A DNA stretch of 64,000 bases, taken from the NCBI RefSeq assembly GCF_964355755.1, contig NC_092675.1, forward strand, positions 10,783,812 to 10,847,811. The letters run 5' to 3'. Both the position numbers and the translations under genes were made by a program. How positions within the stretch are numbered: position 1 is the first letter of the stretch; the number at the start of each line of letters is the position of its first letter. The DNA comes from Antedon mediterranea (taxonomy: Eukaryota; Animalia; Echinodermata). The notes below the pieces were generated by a model that searched no databases, was not told the origin of the DNA, and saw only the letters and a list, made by a program, of their open reading frames with translations. This document shows positions 38,141 through 50,556 of the stretch, in pieces.

Positions 38141-38596
38141 CTTTGACTAAGACAAGAGTAAGACATTTACTAACCAAAGTTAGTTAGACTACTACTAGCT
38201 AGAGGCCTGAGATAGATGTACCAGACCTCGGAGGTCTCAGGGAAATTCGTTATTTACATGTATTTTTTAAAAGCATTAAAAGTAAATATGAAGGGTCATA
38301 TTCTCACTCAGCTGTCACCTTATAAAAATAAGACCTTTTATCTTTCACCTTGAAATTATTTGTACTATTGCACTCATTAACATTCATTATTTGTATATTA
38401 TTGAGTATTCTAGCAATAAAATAAACTCATTAGCGGTTTATATATTGGAATGCTGTAATTTCATCGGATAAAGTACACCGGAAAACATTCAGCTTCATTT
38501 AACTCCGGTGAGAACACAATGGAGTGTGGGATTAGCACTAGTCATTGAAAAAACTGCCTGATATTTTAACTGTTGTGATACACCGCTGTTGTGTAT

Positions 38597-39118
38597 TAAA
38601 GATGTATTGTCCCTTGAAACACAAAAAAAAAAAAAAATATATTCTAAATTGGCCATATCAAAGTAATATTAAAGTTATTCACTTTAAGTAGAAAATTTGA
38701 GGCAAAAACAACAAGTTTACGTAAGTAACAGGTAAATTAATTTGATTACATTTCGTCTGGAAAATCGTCACGAGCGAAAGTAAACAAAGATTTCCAACCA
38801 CGAGTATGCATTATGCATGATGCTAATTAGGATTTTTTACAACTCGTCGCGGTTGAGAAGGTGTTTTCACACAGATCGCGAGGAAGTTTTTTGATTATGC
38901 ATACAGAGTTAGCCAAACAAGCGCGTTCCATTGTTTTGATCGAAAACTTTGACTGGAAGTCAAAGTTATTTTTTGAATAAAAAAACGTCCATATTTCGGT
39001 TAAATTTTTTTTTTTTCAACTAATTTTTGGTGACTATTTATGATACTTCAAAATGACCCACTTTTTTTCGAAATATTAAAAAAAAAATTTGGGGGGAATT
39101 AGTTAAAGGGACAATACA
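38597..39118. mobile_element. Kolobok-like MITE remnant
   Basis: ttaaagatgtattgtccctt ... aagggacaataca; right TTAA not preserved. Confidence 0.45.
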
Positions 39119-39312
39119 AGTAGAATTAAGTAAAAAAATATCATTTTTGCACATTCTAATTATTTTCTTATTTCCATAAACAGAAGGAAAACTACATCAC
39201 CTTGATTTGTACTCCAATTGCTTGTTGCAGTTGAATTGAACACCAGAAGAAGAATAATTGTAGCTTTTTAAAATGTGAGTTTATATAAGCCAAGCTACTG
39301 ACTGATTAAAGA

Positions 39313-40407
39313 ATGAATTCAATGGATAGTTGGGTTGATTATGATGATGGTCTATTAAATGGCATGAAAGACCACTGTTTGCTGGCAGTGCCATCAGACT
39401 TTGGTGATAATTTGGAGACAAAACCACTTTTGGACGATATAGATTCATATTTGAACAAAAATTCTGCTCTTATAACCAGCAAAGAGCAAGCAGAGGAAAG
39501 TGTTGGAAGCTGCTATCAACCTAATGTTGGGCAAGAGAAGAAATATAGCCATGACAAATGCTTGGTCAAGAATTATGTTAACACTAAGGTATTTATAGAT
39601 AATGGTGTTATAAACTCATCCAATGTAAAACAAGAACCTAATCATAATAAAGCAATGTTGTTTACGCCGTTTATGGTAGCGCCTGGCATAATGGGGTTCA
39701 ATACTTCTGTTCAACCAATTTTAAAGCCTGTCAAAAGAGGTAGGCCTAGAATTCATCCAATTAAGCCAGATATAGGAATCAAACGTAAACCAGGAAGGCC
39801 AAGAATACACCCTGTCAAGCCAAGTGATGGAATAAAGCGAAAACCAGGGAGGCCACGTATTCATCCACAACCTTGTGAAAAGCTACCTGTTAGTCACGTT
39901 ATTAGGCATATACGACCAAAACCCGACCCATCATTAATGGCATTTACTGGCCCTATACCACATACTTTTATACCATCTATGAATACCATACAAATACCTA
40001 AACCCCCACCGACACTCAGATACCTTCCTGCTGTTGACCCGATTACAGGCAAGAGGAAGCGGGGCAGACCGCGAATACATCCGGTCAAAATAAATGATGG
40101 TATAAAACGAAAACCAGGGCGGCCAAAAAAAGTGCTCTTGTTGCCAAACAATGAAACAATTAAAGCTCTGCCATCACCTGTTGTTAAACATGAAGCAAAT
40201 ATTGATAATAAACAGTTTTGCCCAATGGCAAAAGGTTCAGAGTCGATTGAAAAAAGAAATGTTGTTTGTCGATTTAGCATTGAAGCAGAGGTACAAAATA
40301 ATGAATGCAAACCATTCATGTGCGTTGCGTGTGGTGATTGTTTCTGCACTTCTGATGAACTTATGTTGCATGTTGTGAAACATGAAGAAGAAACAGAATG
40401 CATGTAA
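39313..40407 (+). CDS. Uncharacterised AT-hook DNA-binding protein (five AT-hooks and a C-terminal C2H2 zinc finger)
   Basis: 364-aa ORF with KRGRPR, KRKPGRPR x2, KRKRGRPR, KRKPGRPKK and PFMCVACGDCFCTSDELMLHVVKH; upstream acceptor at 39183. Confidence 0.88.
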   Translation: MNSMDSWVDYDDGLLNGMKDHCLLAVPSDFGDNLETKPLLDDIDSYLNKNSALITSKEQAEESVGSCYQPNVGQEKKYSHDKCLVKNYVNTKVFIDNGVINSSNVKQEPNHNKAMLFTPFMVAPGIMGFNTSVQPILKPVKRGRPRIHPIKPDIGIKRKPGRPRIHPVKPSDGIKRKPGRPRIHPQPCEKLPVSHVIRHIRPKPDPSLMAFTGPIPHTFIPSMNTIQIPKPPPTLRYLPAVDPITGKRKRGRPRIHPVKINDGIKRKPGRPKKVLLLPNNETIKALPSPVVKHEANIDNKQFCPMAKGSESIEKRNVVCRFSIEAEVQNNECKPFMCVACGDCFCTSDELMLHVVKHEEETECM

Positions 40408-40527
40408 CATAGTGGGAATGTTGGTGATATGGAAATTGATAAATATTTGGCAAACACTTAAAAAAAAACCTTACATAATGTAAAGGATTCTAGGGAACAT
40501 ACAGGGGATTACGCACAACTTATGACA

Positions 40528-42627
40528 GATGCTTCACTGGATACTCGGCAACATAAACATCCACTTAAAACTAATACTTGAATGATTCACTGGATACACA
40601 GCAACATGAACATCCACTTCATCAACCTAATACTTCAATGATTCACTGAATAATCAGTAACATGAACATCCACTTCATCAACCTAATACTTGAATGATTC
40701 ACTGAATAATCAGCAACATGAACATCCACTTCATCAACCTAGTACTTGAATGATTCACTGGATACACAGCAACATGAACATCCACTTCATCAACCTAATA
40801 CTTGAAAGATACACTGGATACTCAGCAACATGAATATCTACTTATGATTCACTGGATACACAGCAACATAAACATCCACTTCATCAACCTAATACTTGAA
40901 TGATTCACTGAATAATCAGCAACATGAACATCCACTTCATCAACCTAGTACTTGAATGATTCACTGGATACACAGCAATATGAACATCCACTTCATCAAC
41001 CTAATACTTGAATGATTCACTGGATACTCAGCAACATGAACATCCACTTCATCAACCTAATACTTGAATGATTCACTGAATAATCAGCAACATGAACATC
41101 CACTTCATCAACCTAGTACTTGAATGATTCACTGGATACACAGCAACGTAAACATCCACTTCATCAACCTAATACTTGAATGATTCACTGAATAATCAGC
41201 AACATGAACATCCACTTCATCAACCTAGTACTTGAATGATTCACTGGATACACAGCAACGTAAACATCCACTTCATCAACCTAATACTTGAATGATTCAC
41301 TGGATACTCAGTAGCATGAACATCCACTTCATCAACCTAATACTTGAATGATTCACTGGATACTCAGCAACATGAACATCCACTTCATCAACATAATACT
41401 TGAATAATTCACTGAATAATCTGCAGCATGAACATCAACTTCATCAACTTAATACTTGAATGATTCAATGGATACACAGCAACATGAACATCCACTTCAT
41501 CAACCTAATACTTGAATGATTCACTGGATACTCAGTAGCATGAACATCCACTTCATCAACCTAATACTTGAATGATTCACTGGATACTCAGTAACATGAA
41601 CATCCACTTTACCAACCTAATACTTGAATAATGAGCAACATGAACATCCACTTCATCAACCTAATACTTGAATGATTCACTGAATAATGAGCAACATGAA
41701 CATCCACTTCATCAACCTAATACTTGAATGATTCACTGGATACTCATCACCATGAGCATCCACTTCATCAACCTAATACTTGAATGATTCACTGGATACT
41801 CAGCAACATGAACATCCACTTCATTAACCTAATACTTGAAAGATACACTGGATACTCAGGAACATGAACATCCACTTCATTAACCTAATACTGGAATGAT
41901 TCACTGAATAATAAGCAACATGAACATCCACTTCATCAAACTAATACTTGAATGATTCACTGGATACTCAGCTACATGAACATCCACTTCATCAACCTAA
42001 TACTTGAAAGATTCACTGAATAATCAGCAACATCAACATCCACTTCATCAACCTAATACTTGAATCAGATTCACTGGATACTCAGCAACATGAACATCCA
42101 CTTCATCAACTTAATACTTGAATCGGATTCACTGAATAATCAGCAACATGAACATCCACTTCATCAACTTAATACTTGAATGATTCACTGAATAATCGGC
42201 AACATGAACATCAACTTCATCAACCTAATACTTGAATGATTCAATGAATAATCAGCAACATGAACATCAACTTCATCAACCTAATACTTGAATGATTCAA
42301 TGAATAATCAGCAACATGAACATCCACTTCATCAACCTAATACTTGAATGATTCACTGGATACACAGCAATATGAACATCCACTTCATCAAACTAATACT
42401 TGAATGATTCACTGGATACACAGCAATATGAACATCCACTTCATCAACCTAATACTTGAATGATTCACTGAATACACAGCAACATGAACATCCACTTCAT
42501 CAACCTAACACTTAAATGATTCACTGGATACTCAGCAACATGAACATCCACTTCATCAGCCTAACACTTAAATGATTCACTGGATACTCAGCAACATGAA
42601 CATCCACTTCATCAGCCTAATACTTGG
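40528..42627 (+). repeat. 56-bp minisatellite, ~37 copies
   Basis: Unit tgattcactggatactcagcaacatgaacatccacttcatcaacctaatacttgaa; period 56 (40639, 40695); no spacers. Confidence 0.97.
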
Positions 42628-43292
42628 ATGGAAGTAAGCAATTTTAAAGGGCAATTTAAACAAAAAACATTCTTTGTGAAAAATATGTGAGAAAATATAA
42701 TATTCCATTTATTAAACAACAGATCAAACTTTGAATTTGAAAGATTATACATCAAAATCTCTCAAATGTTTGATTCTGCATGTAAAATGCATGAACTAAA
42801 AAGTAGAATTCAAAGGCAGATGTCTCAGTCTATTGTAGACAAGAATGCAGCACCCACTGTAACATTGTTTCAGTGGTACAGTCTATAGTGGGTGGTTTTT
42901 GTACTGGTTGATGATTATCCTACATTGTTACTACTTATGGATTCATTGGAGTGGATGGTATCATTAACCTTAAACTTTATTGAAGATAAATATGATGGTG
43001 AATGGCCTCGAATGAATTTGAAATCCAATAAATATCATTTATCGGTGTATTATATATTAGCAGATATCTATCTATATCTGTTTAGTAATATTTAAAGCGT
43101 ATTAAAATTTTAAATTGTAGAATTAGTCCATACAGTACTTTAGTCAAACAATGGCATTATTGTACAAGAGAATTTGTTAGCATACAGTAATAGTTGTGTG
43201 AGAGAGCAGGTAGTATTTTACACACCATATAACTCTTATTCGTTTTGATACCTTTGATGATGCACTATTTATTTAATCCTTCTGTAAAGTTG

Positions 43293-46200
43293 TGTAATGA
43301 ATGAAATATAAGACACGATTTGATGATGGTTACTACTTCTTTGCTTTATTACTAACAACTAACTATGGTGTGCCAAACACGACACTACATCCCTCCATCT
43401 TTTACATAAAAACTAAGCAATAAACTTTAAACAATTTGGTTGTCAAGCATTGACAATCTGCGGTGTTATAGAAACGTTATTATGAGTTCAGGTTATTAAG
43501 TTTTGTAATTATCAATGCTGATCATTATTAAAACTATCAGAGTTACGATTAACTTATGGAACATAGTCTTTGAGATAAACTGGTGGCTGTCGAACTCTTT
43601 GAGGATTACGCCTTGCATTATTTGTTGTTATGGGATGTTTTCCGGGAGAGTCGTCATCTGTGAGATAGTTGTCTTCGCTGTCTGTATTTGTGTTTGCAAC
43701 GTGATTGTTGAGAAGTTTGAAGAATGACGAGTTTCGAGTGATTCCGTGCTGTCCTCGCATTGCGGTAATCATTGTTCCGTTTGTTTTAGTTACCCTGTAT
43801 GGTTTAGTTTTATATGGTGTTTTTGTTGATGTTATTATGCCGCTTTCTTTTACAAGGACCATGTCGGCAACTTCAATTTGTTTCTTTCGAGGTTTCTTCC
43901 GTCTCTCTGCGTAGTCCTTCATTTTTTATTTTTGTGCGTTATCTTTGTCCCTGACTGCATTCTGATTGATACTTGATTGTTTGATTATTTCTGGGAGTCT
44001 TACTTTGAAGGTATGTCTAAAAATCAGAGATGCTGGAGGTTTGCCTGTGGTATTGTGTGGGGTGGCTCTGTAATTTCTGAGGTATTGATTGAGTGATTGT
44101 TTATAGTTAACACCTTCGGCCACTGCGGTTTTGTAGACCTTTTTCAGATTACGCATTACTCTTTCCACCTCTCCGTTTGCTTGCGGCCATAGTGGAGTTA
44201 TTTTGCGGTGATGAGTGCCAAGGTACTTTGTGAATTGAGAAAACTCGTGACTGTTGAATGGTGGTCCATTGTCGGTGCGAATTATACTGGGTATTCCAAA
44301 ATTTGGGAATAACTGTCTTCGCTGATGTTGATTTAACAACTTCCACTGTGATGAATCTGCTATAGTCATCGAGAATCACTAGAAGATGCTCGCAAGTAGG
44401 GAGGTCTTTAAAGTCAATACTAATTTCCTCCCATGGTCCGTTAGGAAGTTTCAACATCTGAAGCGGTTCATTGTGGTTCTTTTCAGTCACCGTCGCTTGA
44501 CATGGTATGCAGTGTTTTACTTTTGATTCAACCATGCGGTCTATTCCGGGAAACCATATTTTTTCTCGGAGGAGTTGCTTTGTCTTTACTATGCCCTGAT
44601 GTCCTTCGTGGGCGATGTCTATTACTGTGTTTCTAAGTGCCTTGGGTATGACTATGCGGTGATCGCGTAGGAGTATGTTGTTTTTTTGGTCAAATGTTAG
44701 CTGATTGCGAACTTTGTGCATGCACTGGAGATCGGAATGGAGGTCATCTTGAATTTTTAGAGCCTCGTGCCATTTATTGCGACTGATGGCCTTAATGCAT
44801 GTTTGTATGAGACCATTGTTTGCCGTTTCACGTCGAACTTGTTCCAGAGTAAGTGATTTAGGGATTGCGTTGTTTGTTACAAGATTGACGTGTTCTTCTC
44901 CAGTTTTGTCTTGTTGCTCATTGTAAGGCTGTGTCTTGACATAGTCAGCTGGATTTGTATTGCCTGGTTGGTACTTCAGGGTGTAGCCGTAGGCTTGGAT
45001 TTTTAATATCCATCTTTCGATACGTGGTGGTGGTTTCGATGCGGGATTATTGAATAGCGTAAGAAGCGGTTTGTGATCTGTCACTACATCGAACTCACTG
45101 CCACATAAGTACAAGTGAAAGTGTTGGATTCCCCATATGACTCCTAGTGCTTCACGCTCTATTTGAGAGTACCTAGTTTCGCCACTTGTAAGCGCGCGGC
45201 TCGCATATGCTAGCGGTTGACCGTTTTGGCTCAGTATGACCCCGAGTCCACTTGGACTTGCGTCAGTTATAATCGTAGATTTCTTTTCTGGATCAAAGTA
45301 GGCCATGACGTGCAAGCTGGTTAGCGTTTTCTTTAGTTTGTCGAATGCCTGCTGTTCTTCTTCACCCCAGCACCATGGTGTGTTTTTGCGAGTGAGTTTT
45401 CTGAGCGGTGTTGTTATGGTAGCGTAGTTTGGAATGAATCTAGCAACGTATTGTGTCATGCCTAGGAGCGATCGCGTTTGTTCTTTAGAAGTCGGTGCTG
45501 CAGCCTTTTGGAGTGAGACGATCTTTTTAGGATCTGGTGATACTCCGGTATCGCTAAATATGTGTCCGTAGAATTCAACGCTGCGTTTGAAGAATTCGCA
45601 CTTAGCTTTATTTAAGGTAAGGTTTTTATCTCTCAGTCTTTCCATAACACATCACTTATATTTATGACTCCTTTTAGTCCACCTAGTGCAGACTGAATGA
45701 CGTTTTGAAATTTTTCTGCTGCTGAACAAACTCCAAAGCTTAGTCGTTTATACCTGAAAAGGCCAACGTGTGTTGAGAAGACAGTAATGTATCGCGACTT
45801 TGGCGCTAGCATTACCTGATAATAGCCTGCGTTCATATCGATCTTTGAAAACATCACGGCTCCATTTAGTTTGCCGATTATGTCGTCGATTGTCGGTGTC
45901 ACGTGTCTCTCTCTGCTTATAGCTTTGTTCGCGGCCCTCATATCAACACAAATGCGAATTTCGTTTCTTAGGCTTTGCTACAACAGTTATTGGTGAAATC
46001 CATGGAGTAGGTTTGTTGTCAACTGGTTCAATCATATCTAACTCCTGTAATCGTTTCAGTTCGCTTTCAACCTTCTTCCTTAAATGAAACGGTATCCTGC
46101 GATGCGATTTCAGTATTTATGTGTAGATTGCACATAGTATCGTTAAGCTTACCAATACCAGTAAACCTGTCTTTGCATGTCTCAGTTATTGTGCTTTTGT

Positions 46201-46314
46201 TTAATACCGTTGCATCTGCGTGTTCATTCAGGTTATACGTTACTTGAATTAGGTCAAGTGCTTTCGCTGTCAAACGCGACACTACTGACTATGGTGTGCC
46301 AAACACGACACGTC
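43293..46314 (-). mobile_element. Third Gypsy element, internally deleted and frameshifted
   Basis: RT (RLSFGVCSAAEKFQ...NISD), RNase H (TDAS, TDHKPL), integrase (HEGHQG, RTDNGPPF); PPT aaaagatggaggga next to a 97-bp 3' LTR TGTAG...TTACA (43293-43389); 5' LTR remnant at ~46288-46314. Confidence 0.93.
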
Positions 46315-47007
46315 AATTTAGGATCAAATGTAAAATTGTACCTGTAGATGATAAGTGAAAGTTACTGTACTAATGTCCATTATTTTTATTTATTTGGTAA
46401 ATGGCCAGTTGAGATAGGAACTATTCCCATACCACAGATTATTGCTTTGCTCACATTTCAGATAGTCCACTTTTTTTAAACATTTGATTTGTGTTATATG
46501 TTGTATACTGAACCACTTTGGAAATCAGTATATTTGTATTCAGTTTAAAGAAATAAGTATGCGACTCGCTCTTCCAAATTTATTCCTACTGTGTAGATGT
46601 GTACTTTATTTAATAGATTAGAACAATAAAGTTGTTATAGTTCTAGATAGAACATCTAAAACCTGGCTTCGTAATGGCGTGTGGCCACATTGTATCCTTT
46701 AGGCAAGACACTTTTCCTACGATTGTCGTATCAAGAACACAAAATGGAAGGGTTGCACAAAATTTGGTCAGGGGAAAGCTGCCATTTTGGGTTTCAAAAT
46801 GGCCGAAAACAATCGACACTAAACATGCTCATCCATGGTGTCATTGGAAAGAGAAATTAATACTGATCATTTTATTCATATTATTTTATTATTTATAGTC
46901 GCAGTTATTTAGCAATATAAGTCATGTGACCAATAAAGGTCAAAAGGTCAACATCTAATTTTACCTAATACCATACTGTTTGTATGAATACAGTTTTAAC
47001 AATATAT

Positions 47008-48556
47008 GGGTCATTCTTCAGTAAGTGTCTAATTTCAGGTTTATAAAAAATCGATTTTAAAATTTGCATTTTTTTAATTTTAAAAGTTTATTCAGATAAA
47101 TGAACATGTATTACATGGCAAGCGTATGTTTGGCGCAATCTTTATTATATATTTCGTATTTTATTCGTATTTATAAATACATGGTTCTATGTTACTGTCA
47201 TTTCCGTCACATTTATGGAATATACAAAGATAGAAAAAATAAGGGTTCAGGAATTATAAAATTATTTCAATTATTAATTCTTTGATACTTTATATTATTT
47301 TTGTCTCTATTAATCAAAAAATGATTGTTTTAACATTTATAAGTATGATGTTATACGTTCAAAACCATTTACTATTCCAAAAAAGAATAATTTTCAGAAA
47401 ATAGTATGACTGTCACTGATGTTTTACAAAATTCTGTTGAACTAATATTACTATCCATTGACATAGTAGAAGAATATTGTTTATATTTCAATATACCACA
47501 TAATTGCGTTCATTACTTAAATATTTTAGGATTTAAAAGGATAAAATATCCATGTGACGGAGATGAAACCGTGACGGATATGACGAACCTAAAAAATCAT
47601 GTGACGGAGATGACTTTAAGATATGATTTGATTATGTTTATTGACCAGAGTCACATAGATATACAATGTAATAACATAATAAAGATATACAAAACAAAAT
47701 GTACAACAAAAAAAGGCTCTGGCAATAACAAAAAGTCATATCCGTCACGGGCCGTCATCTCCGTCACAACGAAACATTGGGAAATGTGACGGAGCTGACC
47801 GTGACGGAGATGATGTATTTAGCATTGGAGAGCCTAGGATCACATCGTAGGCATGTCGGACAGCGGAGACGGATTGCATACTTCTAGATACCGTGAATAA
47901 CTTGTACTTCCAGTTGAAAAAAACCAGAAATTATAACTATTTAATGAGTTCTATACCGTTCGGATATGACATTCAATAAAGGTACGCAGCTGTAATTTTT
48001 CTAAAACCTCGTTTTTTTTAGCTTTTTTCCTCTTTTATTGAAAATGATGTGCGGCTAGTTTAATTTCAATATCTTCGTATGTTTACAACGCACAGTCAAT
48101 TTTTTTCCCCGCCGTTCATTAAACTGTAGACGGTACATTTAAATTATGTGACGGAAATGACACAAAACTGCGGGACAAGCTTTTTCCAAACAAAAACTTT
48201 AAAGTTTGAGATTTAATGTATGTAGAGATGTATTTCGAATATAATCGCATGAAATCATGATTAACTAACTTTTTACAATATTTTCGATAACAAAAGTCCT
48301 GTTATCAAATATATACGGCGATCATAAAATTGAAGATGTACGATCGGGACATAGGATTTTAGGGGGTTGCCTAAAACATTTTTATAAAAATTAACAATAT
48401 CAATGTAATTATCTTTGTTTTATGTAATTAATTATATTTACAATAATGTTGATTAGGATTTAAGTAAAGAATTTTTATTTTTTAATGATGAATTTTCAGT
48501 CTCTATCCCACCAAAGTATCGGGACACGATTTTAGACACTTACTGAAGAATGACCC
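47008..48556. mobile_element. Non-autonomous Sola-like DNA transposon
   Basis: Perfect 25-bp TIR gggtcattcttcagtaagtgtctaa; 4-bp TSD atat; internal gtgacggagatga motifs in both orientations. Confidence 0.88.
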
Positions 48557-48897
48557 ATATGTCCAATTTCATTAGGATTTTGTCATAATTTTCAATTATA
48601 TTACATTTCATTATACTGTATATCGTATTTATGTAGTAAAGTAGGTTTATAAAAAATGTTGTATCCTTCAGTAAACTTTCAAAATACTTATTAGACCACC
48701 CCCAAACTTAAAGGACTTGTATATATGTCACAAAATACAAAGTTATTTGCAATCAAAACTATATAGTCAATAAAAAGATGACACAGAAATGTTTGTCAAA
48801 TCACTATTGTATGGTTACAGGAAATTAAATTCTGAATCTGTTTTAACAATGTACATTAGCAATAATCTTTTCCTCTTTTTAAAATAAATAAATATAC

Positions 48898-49216
48898 CGT
48901 AAAACCTCAACAAAAAAGCCTGAGATTAATTTTGAAATGTACATTTAAAAAAAGAAGCCAACCCTTGAAATCAAGCCCACTTGGCTTACTTTCAAGATAG
49001 ACTATTTGAATATCAAAGTAACAACATGATTTAATGCCAGATAACTTGTGATACAGATATAATGTCTGATCAAGTTATATCGTACATTCCTTTTACAGCT
49101 TAAAATGGTATTTTGATCACAATACTACTTAAAATTGGAAGGTAAAGACTATCTCGAAGCCCACCTAAGAGTACTAAAAAAATGAAGCCCATTGATTTCT
49201 TTACAAGGTTTTACGG
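48898..49216. mobile_element. Tc1/mariner(pogo)-type MITE
   Basis: ta|ccgtaaaacct ... aggttttacgg|ta; related copy at 53313-53633. Confidence 0.7.
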
Positions 49217-49639
49217 TATAAATGCTATATGTACTGTGCTTTACCCTGGCCAAATTTTGTGCAACCATTCCATTCCATGTTTTTGATACCCTAATGGACA
49301 ACTGTGCAAAGTTTCAGAATGTTGTCACAATTTGAAGGATTTGTTCCCTTAACAACTAACAGATAACTAAACTCATTTGCATTACGTTCTAGTGGGAACC
49401 AAGCTTTATATACCATATTATAAAGAGGGCCGTATCCCTTTTTTATATTCAACCACGGACAATGCTTGAAAACAAATATTACGTTCAGACAGCCAGCAAG
49501 ACTAATCGGACTAATACATCTTTTAAACAAATTAAATGTGAAAACAGTTCGTCGCAAATCAATGTTGGCGCAAATATTATTTCAATAATATTATTTGAGC
49601 AATTTTTATCTTATGAACATTCACATTTAAATAATAAAT

Positions 49640-50555
49640 TATTAGTTATCATAAGTTATCCGCTTAGTAGCGGATAACTCCTTGTTATTGTACTGGATCA
49701 ATATTTTTTTTTTCGGTATTATTCTTTCTTTCTCGTTTTTTGTGAGTCACGTTTATCTAAAATGTGTAAACATAACATTTCATAACTTTGTCAACATATG
49801 GGCATTTACGTGAAGTTGTGCACTTCCTATTTTTGAATGACGTCAGAGTTGACGCGCGATTTTATAATTTTTTATGATTGATCATAGATTAAAAACCAAG
49901 CGCAATTTTTTATTGACACTTTGTGAAAATTTAAGCATATCAAGGGCAAACTTTCTGTGGATTAAAAATGGCACAGAAAGGGGTTAGGGTTACGTCATAC
50001 GAACACGTTGATTTAGACCATTTGCACGCGTTTTAGTTGCAAAAGTTACAAAATATTGTCAAAATTATGCCTATTTTGAATCTATTATAGCTCCTCAGGA
50101 TCAACTGTTACCCCTAATTTTGTTAACTTAATATGTAAGCAGATATGTTGTAGATATGAATTCATGCAGAATTTTTACCTCACGGATGTTGACGTCAATC
50201 GTTTGGCCACGCGAATGTAAAATATAGGATTTTGGTCTCTTTCGTTATTGCTCATCACATCCAATGGAGGGCATCACGCGTATCCGTATTCCATTTTCTC
50301 AGAGATTTTAATATTGTCTAGGTCAATCAACTATCTTTCGTATGAGTTAAAAATATTGTAATATTTATGACGTCATCATGACTAAAAATTTTAATTACGT
50401 GGGTCATTAATTTCATCTTTACAGTAAATTTTAATCTGTTATAGCTCGTAAGAATAAAATGTGATAATCATGATTAAAACGTTTTCTGGAAGCTGTTGGA
50501 TTGTAGATAAAAATCATGTGAACATTTTGCCAATTGGATGTTGTGACGTCATCAT
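49640..50555 (+). mobile_element. Helentron-type non-autonomous element fragment
   Basis: 5' hairpin gttatccgcttagtagcggataac followed by a (ttc/ttat)-rich tract and degenerate internal repeats. Confidence 0.5.
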
Positions 50556-50556
50556 A

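Noticed and set aside
39894-40457. 187-aa antisense ORF
   Set aside because: Shadow of the AT-hook CDS with no independent motifs
40528-42627. CRISPR-like regular array
   Set aside because: Units are head-to-tail with no unique spacers, no cas genes, and the context is eukaryotic
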